DNA of 64,000 bases from Eledone cirrhosa. Its lineage: Eukaryota. The DNA lies in contig OZ024740.1 in assembly GCA_964016885.1 (NCBI GenBank), positions 433,566,001-433,630,000 on the forward strand. The letters run 5' to 3'. Below the pieces are notes generated by a model, which ran no database searches, was not told where the DNA came from, and saw only the letters and a list, made by a program, of their open reading frames with translations. Below, piece after piece: positions 55,339 to 64,000 of the stretch (within the stretch, counting starts at the first letter, position 1; every line of letters begins with the position of its first letter). The translations under genes were made by a program, and so were the position numbers.

Positions 55339-55847
55339 ATCAAATAACATCGTAATTGACAATATAAACAGAAATTGAAGGAAGACTGTGTTACACTGTC
55401 TTATGTAATCAGTAACGTAATCCATGATACATGAAAAAAAATATAATATATAAACTGCATAAGGAGAAAATTAGTGACGGAAATATATGAATGTTTATAT
55501 AAGTGATGTAATAAATGTTATAATATAACGGACGCTAACCAGAAGTGTGTTTGTATATATTAGAAATATTGTACACATGCTATATATTGTGTATATAAAA
55601 CGTGTGTATATTAGAAAGAAATGCTCTACCTAAAATACATGTTGAATGTGTGCTGTATATTGTTTAACTCATATTTGCTGTCTAAATATATATATCATCA
55701 TTGTTTAATGTCTATTTTCCATGCTAGCATGGGTATATATATATATATATATATTTAAAGGTTAAACAAGGTTCAATGAATAAATCAAAGAATTAGTTTT
55801 ACAATAGATTGGAAGCACTCAACAGGAATGGTTTTCCAGAGTTATTA

Positions 55848-55978
55848 ATATTAATTCAAAATATTAACAAAAATAGAACTTCATTGTGATCAAGTATATT
55901 TTATTATCTGAAATATGTATAATAAAATATACTTGATGACAATGAAGTTCTATTTTTGTTAATATTTTGAATTAATAT
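55848..55978. repeat. Near-perfect inverted repeat: 60-bp arms, one mismatch, 11-nt loop
   Basis: 55848-55907 is the reverse complement of 55919-55978 except for one G:G mismatch. Confidence 0.93.
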
Positions 55979-56126
55979 ATATATATATAATTTATTTGAC
56001 TGATAACATCTCAAACCTGATTCATTTAGCCAATGGGGCGGAACTTGTCAAATCAGACCAAGAAAATGATGTTTCCATTGGTTTTCTATTGTTGATACTA
56101 TCTACTGGTCACAACTTCTGGTAGAA

Positions 56127-56250
56127 GGAGCAACATAAAATAAAGTGTCTTGCTCAAGGACAACATAACACATCGCTCAGTCCAGGAATTGTATTCACAA
56201 CCTCACGATTGCCAATACAATTCTCTAACCACTAAGCCACATGCCTTCAC
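56127..56250 (-). mobile_element. tRNA-derived SINE head
   Basis: Its reverse complement aligns to 53005-53119, with 37/40 identity in the core. Confidence 0.8.
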
Positions 56251-56314
56251 TATTAGAAACCAATATTGTACCAATGTATATGTTTAATATATACTCTCCT
56301 ATTTCTCATTTCAG

Positions 56315-56430
56315 TTGAAGACACTGAGAGGAATGATGGTTCTCTTGAGCGACCCTATTACATGAGCAAACAACTGATGAAGATTCTAGGGAAGAAGAAT
56401 AAGTTGCTTAATACAAGCGAATCAAACTAA
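56315..56430 (+). CDS. SLC44A2: SLC44A terminal coding exon: (I)EDTERNDGSLERPYYMSKQLMKILGKKNKLLNTSESN*
   Basis: Acceptor TTTCTCATTTCAG|, phase 1, matching the previous donor. Carries the hallmark CTL2/4/5 C-terminal motif ED.ERNDGS.ERPYYMSK.L.KILGKKN. Stop TAA at 56428-56430. Confidence 0.96.
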
Positions 56431-57360
56431 AATCTACATTTGCTCATATAAGCTCTACCATAAGAAACAAAACATTATTGCAGTTAAACACCTATTTCAG
56501 ATTATCTTTTGGGATTGAACCACTCCCAGAGGAATCTGCAGTCATCTTATTTATTTCTTACCATTTATTGTTTGGGTTGTTTTAGTTAGAAGCTAAACGT
56601 TTTGTTACTCATTACTTTACCATTCTTATTTCATTATGTATTTGTGAAGTTTTTCTGTTTTGTCGTAAGCAAATTTAGTTAAAGATTTAGTCTAGGTTAT
56701 GTATTTGTGTTTCCCTTAATATATACGCAGTAAGTAGTAAAACAGGGAACTTTTATTGTTTCATTACTATTATGGTTGAATATTTCATTAAAATTTGTTA
56801 AATGTAAAGTTGAAAACATTATATTCCTGTTTTTATCTTTCCTATGTATTAAAGTAAAAAAAAAATAATATTTCTTAGTTTGTAGAAAAATCAGTTATGT
56901 TATTCTATCAAAATCTGATTTAGTTGTATGGATTTTTGTATCAACTCCTGACAAAATCTTTCACTTAAAATATGTAAAGAGTTTAACTCTTCATCTATAC
57001 ATTGGATTTTGCTGAATTTTCATTTATCATCCGTCACACAAACACACATATGTGAATTGCATTATACTTAAAACTATATTTTGTTTAATCTATTGTTTTT
57101 TACACATTAAGAAAAGAAATGTTTGTTTTCTTAAAGTAAAAAACTGCCTCTATATATTTACTGTTTTTCTTTCTTGCTAACTCACTGTGAATAGCTGAAA
57201 CTTAGAAATATAAACAAACAAAATTTGTTCAAAACATTTAATGATTTATTTTAATTTCACTGAAACTGTAAAAAGAAGAGATTTTGTATTCTTTCTGTCT
57301 CATAATTTGGATTAAACATTTTCTTTATATCATTGTAAAGATTTAATATTGAATTTTTAA

Positions 57361-57401
57361 AATAAAAACTACAACTACTACTGTATAAATTTCATAATAA
57401 A
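57361..57401 (+). promoter_or_regulatory. Candidate polyadenylation signals for SLC44A
   Basis: AATAAA at 57361 and 57396, after about 0.9 kb of U-rich 3'-UTR-like sequence. Chance matches are common in DNA this AT-rich. Confidence 0.35.
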
Positions 57402-57637
57402 ATATAAAACTCTACCAAATGTTGCAGTGTAGAGTGAAGTTGTTCACTAGATGACCTTGAAAAAAAAGGCATAACCACCACAACTTCTCAATTTTAACTC
57501 GTGTAAGAAATTGTTAGCTTCAGTTTTGCTATTAAATTAGAAGGTTTGTTTGTCATAAACTTATCTGTTTCCATCATGTACATTATACAACTGATATATT
57601 AATCAAATTCATTGTATATGTTTATATCAATTTTATT

Positions 57638-57822
57638 TTAACTCTTCACCATTTACATTACTCTATAGTTACTATTGTATTTTCACGGTAAAGGTTTTAT
57701 TTCACATATCAAATCTATGATATTTTGAGAACAATACCTTAATATTGGTTATAGTTAGTTTGAACAGAAAGAGGTGAGAGAATTCTGACCAGATATGGCC
57801 AGTTTAAATGCTAATGGGTTAA
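57638..57822. mobile_element. Degenerate TTAA-flanked (piggyBac-like) MITE
   Basis: TTAA-CTCTTCACCATTTACA ... TTTAAATGCTAATGGG-TTAA, with 11/16 match between the terminal inverted repeats. Confidence 0.55.
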
Positions 57823-58033
57823 GCTAATCTACCCTCAGCCCAATTTAATTTACTGGCATTAAGCTGTATTAACCAATTCATATGTTCATAGCAGTATTAT
57901 ATATAGACATCAGTCGTTATTTGATGTTTTACACTTTGCCTTCCCATCTGTTCAGGAGATGGCTGTTTCACTTGTCAAAATTAGACCCTCCACGAAGGGC
58001 AACATGGTTTTTGTTGGGGAAGAGGGAGGGATA

Positions 58034-58067
58034 TCATAGATTTGTGTTTATCTCAGAAAATGTATCA
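58034..58067 (-). CDS. Candidate terminal coding exon of a convergent minus-strand transcript: (S)DTFSEINTNL*
   Basis: Acceptor TTTAATTCTGCAG|, phase 2, compatible with exon 58403-58431. TGA at 58036-58034. Confidence 0.4.
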
Positions 58068-58239
58068 CTGCAGAATTAAATATTCTACCAAATTGCTGAC
58101 TAGTTCCCACTTTTGTTTTAATTATATTCATTTAAATACTTTCTATATTGAGATTCTACAACTGTTTTTAGCTGCTCAACCTTATAAACCAGCTTGTTTA
58201 ATGTTGTCGACTGAGTTGTGTTCATGAGAAAAACATTTC

Positions 58240-58346
58240 ATTTCGCTCCAGTATACTCAGCAGTAAATGAGTACCAGTAATAGCTGGGGGTTTAACCCTG
58301 TGATGGACTGGCATCCTCTCAGTAACCAGGATAAGCACCGGCCTCA
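58240..58346 (+). mobile_element. SINE fragment with a V-SINE/MetaSINE-like core
   Basis: CAGCAGTAAATGAGTACC..GCTGGGGGTTTAACCCTGTGATGGACTGGCATCC resembles conserved central domains of metazoan SINEs. Recognised from memory. Confidence 0.5.
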
Positions 58347-58402
58347 AGACAGACTTCAGGTTTAGACTTGCTTATTGTCCATCAATTTTACCAAACCATT
58401 AC

Positions 58403-58431
58403 CTGGCTTTAATGAGCGTTCTTTGAAGAAG
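58403..58431 (-). CDS. Candidate 29-nt micro-exon (LLQRTLIKA)
   Basis: Acceptor AATTTTATGATTCAG| and donor CAG|GTAATG, in frame with the neighbouring candidates. Confidence 0.5.
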
Positions 58432-58575
58432 CTGAATCATAAAATTACTTTATATTAATTAGCATTTAATAATTAGATACTTTCAAGGTGTCTTCTGTTA
58501 CACCAGCTACAAATTCATTCATTAAAAAAGAAAAGAAACATTGTCTATGTATAAATATTTATCAGTGTACCTTAC

Positions 58576-58613
58576 CTGTTCAAGAACTTCTTTGCAATAA
58601 GTCATAGAGAACT
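58576..58613 (-). CDS. Candidate 38-nt micro-exon (xFSMTYCKEVLEQ)
   Basis: Acceptor TAACATCTCTTCCAG| and donor CAG|GTAAGG. Only one frame is open, and it ends in phase 0. Confidence 0.5.
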
Positions 58614-58826
58614 CTGGAAGAGATGTTACAATATATATATAAAATGTAGGTGAACATTGAAAAAACAAATATTAAGTAAAAGCAATAAATTGCTTTCAAA
58701 AGCTTTTAATCAAATATTTTTCCATTTATTTTTGTGTGAATATCTTTGAATAAAGATGTCAGCATTTTTTCATGTTCTTGAAATAAGCCTCTGTTTTCTT
58801 TATTGTTCTGCTGACTATTTGCTCTT

Positions 58827-59030
58827 ATCACCACTGTTTAATGTCTATTTTCCATGTTAGCATGGGTTAGACAGGTTGTCCTATTTGAGTCAAGTCATGT
58901 GACCATGTCTTGCTCATATAGAATTGTTTCTGGCTTGGTTTCTATGGCTGGATGCCCTTCCTAATGCCAACCATATTTACAGTGTGGGCTGAGTACTTTT
59001 TGACATGACACCTACATGACCACTTTACAA
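58827..59030 (-). mobile_element. SINE family B, 3' half
   Basis: Collinear with 15025-15230 (CTTGCTCATA.AGAA.TGT.TCTGGCTTGGT..GCTGGATGCCCTTCCTAATGCCAACC). Confidence 0.8.
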
Positions 59031-59264
59031 AATTTATAAATTCAGTTACATTTCAATTTAAACTCAAAATTTGAGGATAATTGCCTATGTGTGTTGAAAA
59101 GTGGCAGTGCTGATGCCATGACAAATTAAACTCAAATAATTCTGTACAGGTAGTATTGGTGCCACATTAAAATCCACCCAGTTCACTCTGTAAATTTAAA
59201 TACTTGCTATATTGAGATTGTACTGCTGCTTTTATTCAGCAACGCAACCTAATATATAAGCCAG

Positions 59265-59492
59265 CTTATTGTAGTGGTAAGGGTGTTGAACTTACGATGA
59301 TAATGCCATAGGTTTGATTCCTGGACTGGCTTGTGCTGGTACCATGATAAAAAGCACCCTCTCTACCTTGACAGTTGGTAGTGTTAGCGATGTGGTTGGT
59401 ATTCGGAAAGGCAGCCAGCTGTAGAAACCATACCAGAATGTCATGTGATGTGACAACCTGTTAATGCATGGAAAATATTAAATAATGATGAT
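59265..59492 (+). mobile_element. Degenerate SINE (tRNA head plus family B tail)
   Basis: GTAGTGGTAAG..GGTTTGATTCC..GGTTGGTATTCGGAAAGGCAGCCAGCTGTAGAAACC..GCATGGAAAA..ATGATGAT. Confidence 0.65.
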
Positions 59493-59815
59493 TTCACAGC
59501 TTTGTCAAGTGGGAAGGGCCTGTGAGACTTGGAGATAGAAAACACGGTTTCTCCTAGCCATGAAGGCTAGTAACAGTAGTCTACACTGAACACATCCAGG
59601 GATCAGGTGACTAGGCACAATCTATCCACTAGGTTTCCAGTTTCCACCTAACCCCACTCAGAAGTCTTGGGTGAACCTGACGGCAATAAGGAATAGTAAT
59701 ATTTACATTAGTCTATTTGATGGTGAATTAAGTCATTAGAACATCAAATAAAATGTCTTGTGGTGCCCTCTGTGATGTCTGAGGTCTTTCAGCTTTTCAA
59801 GGTTAATAAACTTAC

Positions 59816-59877
59816 CAGTCCAGTCCTAGGGTCAATTCTTCCTCTGTATATCTTTCTTCTTCTCTGGGAGAAATCTG
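59816..59877 (-). other. Candidate minus-strand exon (QISPREEERYTEEELTLGLD, or ADFSQRRRKIYRGRIDPRTGL in another frame)
   Basis: Acceptor CATTTCTCTGCATGTCTGAATACAG| (NAGNAG), donor CTG|GTAAGT, purine-rich body. Reading frame uncertain. Confidence 0.35.
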
Positions 59878-60022
59878 CTGTATTCAGACATGCAGAGAAA
59901 TGGACTCCACTAGGTTTTAAATGGCCAAGACATGCTATATGTCACGATGGTGCCTCTATGACTCCACCAGGGCTATACTAGACAGATAATGAGTGCCACA
60001 CTTATTACACAAGAGTGAATTA

Positions 60023-60126
60023 GGCAAACAACATAGATACAAACTTTACTGGGCAGGAATTGATGACAGGAGTAGGTGGTGTAGGCATTCTGCTTGCTGA
60101 GAAATGGATAGATAAGGTGATACAGA
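60023..60126 (+). mobile_element. Frameshifted relic of an RTE-type LINE APE endonuclease
   Basis: GKQHRYKLYWAG / (frameshift) GVGGVGILLAEKWIDKVIQ, the typical 'GVGILL' segment of RTE endonucleases. Confidence 0.75.
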
Positions 60127-60149
60127 GGAGCTGTGAGTAAAGTGACAGT

Positions 60150-60309
60150 ACACACTGTAGTTGGTGTTAGGAAGGACATGCAGCTGTAGAAATAAAACCC
60201 AAATCAGTTCAGTATGAGCAAGACATGGTCATAGGATCTGGCTTGTCTCATAACGGGACAACTCGTCTAACCCATGCTAGCGTGAAAAAAAAAATATTAA
60301 ACAGTGATG

Positions 60310-60311
<2 letters not shown>
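60150..60311 (+). mobile_element. SINE family B, 3' half
   Basis: GTTGGTGTTAGGAAGGACATGCAGCTGTAGAAA..TATGAGCAAGACATGGTCA..CTAACCCATGCTAGC..GATGAT. Confidence 0.75.
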
Positions 60312-60344
<33 letters not shown>

Positions 60345-60347
<3 letters not shown>

Positions 60348-60790
60348 CATCATCATCATTACATTTTACGTCCGCTTTTCCCTGCTTGCAAGGGTGGGAC
60401 GGGAATTGATGCTGGCTTGATTTCTACAGCTGGATGCCCTTCCTAACACCAACCTCATTTACATTGAGTGGTGGGTGTTTTTTTTTGTTGTGGCACCCCA
60501 CGACCATTTTGCAGTGAGTGCTGAGTGCTTTTTTGTCGTGGCGCCTACACGTCCATTTTACAGTGTGGGCTGGATGCTTTTTTTTGCCGTGGCACCTCCA
60601 CGACCACTTTGCAGTGGAATGATATGGACCTCAGTCCCTATCATCTCATTTCTACAGCTGAGTAAACTGGAGCAATGTGAAATAAAGTCTCTTGCTCAAG
60701 GAAACAACACATCACCCAGTCTGAGAATTGAACTCACAACCTTTCGATTGCAAGGCCAATGCTCTAACTACTAAGCCATGTGCCTCCATA
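60345..60790 (-). mobile_element. Near full-length composite SINE: tRNA head, internal ~48-bp tandem units, RTE-like (ATG)n tail
   Basis: Head at 60790-60645 is homologous to 53005 and 56250. Three to four diverged internal units, the AGGAAGGGCATCCAGCTGTAGAAA core and a (GAT)n end follow. Confidence 0.8.
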
Positions 60791-60946
60791 TATAGTTTAG
60801 GGGTTGTAACGACCAGTTACTGTAGTGAGCACTCAATACTTAGTTTCGAGTAGGTATATTGGTGTGTTACATTTATTGAGATGATGCACGTCACACCTCA
60901 ATAAATGTAATGAAGATCTAACACCTAGTTGTCATTATTATTATTA

Positions 60947-61085
60947 AGGACGGTGGATTGGCAGTATCGGTAGAGGGTCGGACGCCATGCTTTGCAGCAA
61001 AGAGTGACGGCCCTTTATGGTCTAAGTTCAAATCCCGCCGAGATTAACTTTGCCTTTCATCCTTACAGGTCGATAAAATAAATAC
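60947..61085 (+). mobile_element. SINE family A
   Basis: A-box-like TGGCAGTATCGGTAG and B-box-like GTTCAAATCC. Matches the reverse complement of 61491 and 63800. Confidence 0.8.
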
Positions 61086-61490
61086 ACACCAGTTTAACCA
61101 ACATATAAAACAGGATATATATGGAGACACTACTTGTATTTTGTAGACATATATAAACGGAGTAACGAACACGCAAGCCGGAAACAATGGTTGGTGACAA
61201 GCTGGGAGCATCGGCGAAAAAGTGTCACTTGGTGTGTAATTAGTTACTATAGTGATATCTATATCATTCTCTCTCAACAATTCGGATGATGAACGGCCTT
61301 CAAAAATGAATTAAGTTCATGAACCGAGGTTCCACTATGTCTACTCTAGTATATTCAGGTTTGTTTTAAACTTCTGTCCAAAACAAATTTGAAGACTAGA
61401 AACAAGGGAAGTAACCCTACTTTTCTTTCAATGTCTCCTATACGCTGTAAGCAGGGAAGTAACTCTACTTTATTTCTAATCTATTAATAT

Positions 61491-61675
61491 ATAATTGTTT
61501 CTACTTTTGGCACAAGGCCAGCAATCACTCAGTGTATTACTGGTACTTTATTTTATCGACTCTGAAAGGCAAAGTTAACCTCGGCGGTATTTGAACTCAG
61601 TCCATAAAGGGACGTAACTCTGTGTTGCAAAGCATGATGTCCGACCCTCTACCGATACTGCCATTCCACCGCCAT
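61491..61675 (-). mobile_element. SINE family A, near full length
   Basis: High similarity to 63800-63990 and inverted relative to 60947-61085. Confidence 0.82.
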
Positions 61676-62556
61676 AAAGATTCAAAATAATGATAACATA
61701 CACACATCTATGTGATGAGTGTGGAAGGAAAGGGGTTGTGACAACCTATAGAAAACAGCGTTTGTTATACCTGTGTTACTCATACATATAAATGTATACA
61801 TATGCACACACACACACACACACACGTGTGCATGTAATAATTATTTTCTATGTGTTTGTGTAGATGTAATAATTATTTTTAACTAGAGTTCTTAGATTGG
61901 CTACACTTTTGTAAGTGTATGTGTGTGTATGAGTGTATATGTGTGTTTGTGTTTGTGTGTGTGAGTGTATATGTGTTTGTGTGTATGAGTTGTTCAAGAG
62001 CCAAGTCCCTAGCAATATTGAAATAAATTAGAATTATCAAGAATATAAAATGACAACAGTTGAAAAGTATAAATACACATCTACCCTTTAGCTCTCATTT
62101 TTGACGGTATGGGACCAGCTAGTGTCTTCTATATTTAGTGATGAAAATATTCCTTTCTCACTCATACGGCCTCATCTTTTACGATTTTATATCAATGAGC
62201 TTTACTCAATGATATATTTTTTATACCATTTAACAGAGGAAGGCATAAATAATGCCTCATCAATAGGAAATTGGACATCGATCTTTATATAGAGCAAATT
62301 ATAGATTAGTTCTGTACATCTTTATTTTAAAGAATAACAGACTTTGTTTATTTCATTAATTATTATCATATAACATGGCGGTGGATTAGCAGTAATTGGT
62401 AGAGCGTCGGATACCGAGTGTGTGGGGGGAGGGGGATATGTGTTGCAAGTGCAATCCTACAAATCTGTTCGAAATTCCCATCAGAAGGTGGCTGAAGAGG
62501 TCTACAGAGGCAATTGTTTGTCTTGTGTAATTTTCTGTGCATTTTTTGATGATACT

Positions 62557-62738
62557 CATCATCATTCTTGTTTTTACGTCTGTTTTTCCACACTTGTATG
62601 GGTTAGACAAGTCCTTTTCAGCATCATCTCCTTTCTGAGTCTTAGATATTTAAGACCAGCTCTCACCATCACTGCCCAGGTCTTCCTTGGACTTCTACCA
62701 CAGCGTCCTTGTATTAGTATTTCTTTGCACTTCTTCAC
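62557..62738 (-). mobile_element. 3' end of an RTE-type LINE
   Basis: The minus strand 62738-62574 reads VKKCKEILIQGRCGRSPRKTWAVMVRAGLKYLRLRKEMMLKRTCLTHTSVEKQT*, resembling the RTE C-terminal G.RGRGRPRKTW motif. A short 3' UTR ending in (ATG)n follows. Confidence 0.75.
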
Positions 62739-62744
62739 CTATAT

Positions 62745-62836
62745 ATCATCATCATCACCATTTAACGTCCATTTTTCCACAGTAGCATGGGTTAGATGAG
62801 TTGTTTCGTTTTGAGACAAGTCAGTTCAGATGACAA
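62745..62836 (-). mobile_element. SINE family B tail fragment
   Basis: (CAT)n-TTAACGTCCATTTTTCCACAGTAGCATGGGTTAGA, the same tail as the other copies. Confidence 0.65.
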
Positions 62837-63570
62837 TAACCCTTTCGTTACCATATTTCTAATGTAGACACTGTCTATGTCATTAACCCTTTCATTACCA
62901 TATTTCTAATGAAAGACACTGTCATTAACCCTTTCATTACCATATTTCTAATGTAGACACTGTCTATGTCATTAACCCTTTCATTACCATATTTCTAATG
63001 TAGACACTGTCTATGTCATTAACCCTTTCATTACCATATTTCTAATGTAGATACTGTCTATGTCATTAACCCTTTCATTACCATATTTCTAATGTAGACA
63101 CTGTCTATGTCATTAACCCTTTCATTACCATATTTCTAATGTAGACACTGTCTATGTCATTAACCCTTTCATTACCATATTTCTAATGAAAGACACTGTC
63201 TATGTCATTAACCCTTTCATTACCATATTTCTAATGAAAGACACTGTCTATGTCATTAACCCTTTCATTACCATATTTCTAATGAAAGACACTGAGTATG
63301 TCATTAACCCTTTCATTACCATATTTCTAATGAAAGACACTGAGTATGCCATTAACCCTTTCATTACCATATTTCTAATGAAAGACACTATGTCATTAAC
63401 CCTTTCATTACCATATTTCTAATGAAAGACACTGTCTATGTCATTAACCCTTTCATTACCATATTTCTACTGAAAAACACTGTCATTAACCCTTTCATTA
63501 CCATATTTCTAATGAAAGACACTGTCTATGTCATTAACCCTTTCATTACCATATTTCTAATGAAAGACTC
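62837..63570. repeat. 47/48-bp tandem array (16 copies), TTAACCCTTTCATTACCATATTTCTAATGAAAGACACTGTCTATGTCA
   Basis: AACCCTTTC recurs 16 times. Units begin TTAA-CCCTTT, like a piggyBac-type left end. Confidence 0.93.
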
Positions 63571-63755
63571 TGCTTATGTTTTTCAAAACATTTTGAAAAT
63601 AGTCAAGATTTAGTAATATAACTAAGTTTTTCATTATTAAGCTGGTGTTTGGAGTATAGGTAAGCAGAGGTTCTTACGTAAAATTATAATGTAAGATTCA
63701 CTTTAATATAAGCAGCTATATATCACAGAACTACAGGCAACTTCAGACAGTTTAA
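63571..63755 (+). mobile_element. Probable MITE body whose left terminus is the amplified 48-bp unit
   Basis: Continues from the last unit. TTTTGAAAAT..GATTTAGTAA..CATTATTAAGCTGGTGTTTGGA resembles an abundant octopod TTAACCCTTT MITE as I remember it. The right TIR is not visible. Confidence 0.5.
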
Positions 63756-63799
63756 GGAAAATTACTTTGTCTGACATATATACTCTTTAAAGAGCATTA

Positions 63800-63990
63800 A
63801 TAATTGTTTCTACTTTTGGCACAAGGCCAGCAATTCACCAGTAGATTACTGGTACTTTATTTTATCGACCCCATAAGGATGAAAGGCAAAGTTAACCTCG
63901 GCGGGATTTGAACTCAGAATGGCAAGGGCCGTAACTCTATACGTCAAAGCATGGCGTCCGACCCTCTACCGATACTGCCAATTCACCAAT
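63800..63990 (-). mobile_element. SINE family A, near full length
   Basis: Collinear with 61491-61675 and carries A/B-box-like motifs on the minus strand. Confidence 0.85.
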
Positions 63991-64000
63991 AATGTTAAGT

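Noticed and set aside
53161-55425. Tyr/Ile/His-rich ORFs
   Set aside because: They are translations of the TA-rich microsatellite and the 57-bp minisatellite.
59816-59977. 162-nt minus-strand exon with one in-frame TGA (possible selenocysteine)
   Set aside because: There is no selenoprotein motif or SECIS evidence, and an internal acceptor giving an exon start at 59877 explains the signals better.
60960-61040. tRNA genes suggested by A/B-box motifs
   Set aside because: The boxes belong to dispersed SINE heads and no cloverleaf or anticodon arm is evident.
61403-61470. Duplicated AGGGAAGTAAC(C/T)CTACTTT motif, loosely resembling the 22-bp satellite core
   Set aside because: The match is too short to support common origin.
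63186-63613. ORFs with MKDTVYVINPFITIFL repeats
   Set aside because: They are translations of the 48-bp tandem unit and are broken by frameshifting variants.

Overview
Eukaryotic, AT-rich and very repeat-dense DNA. The SINE, MITE and RTE-LINE content looks like an octopod cephalopod (my inference from remembered motifs, not a search result). About 49 kb of the 64 kb is three tandem arrays: a 32-bp self-complementary satellite (1-13909), a 39/41-bp satellite (15310-30887, ending at a 200-N assembly gap) and a 22-bp satellite (32869-52690). The last three coding exons of a choline transporter-like gene (SLC44A/CTL2-4-5 subfamily) lie on the + strand at 32550-32641, 54675-54759 and 56315-56430, and the 22-bp satellite fills most of a 22-kb intron. 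The minus strand has an orphan 120-nt exon (14189-14308) and a candidate convergent spliced transcript with micro-exons (about 58034-59877). The rest is tRNA-derived SINEs, RTE-LINE relics, TTAA-ended MITEs, hairpins and smaller tandem arrays. The very long ORFs in the track are artefacts of the satellites. I see no CRISPR array or other recognisable novel enzymatic system. The most distinctive signals are the hairpin-built satellites, the way arrays start at transposon ends or palindromes, the intronic dsRNA around the SLC44A exons, and the unannotated minus-strand exons.
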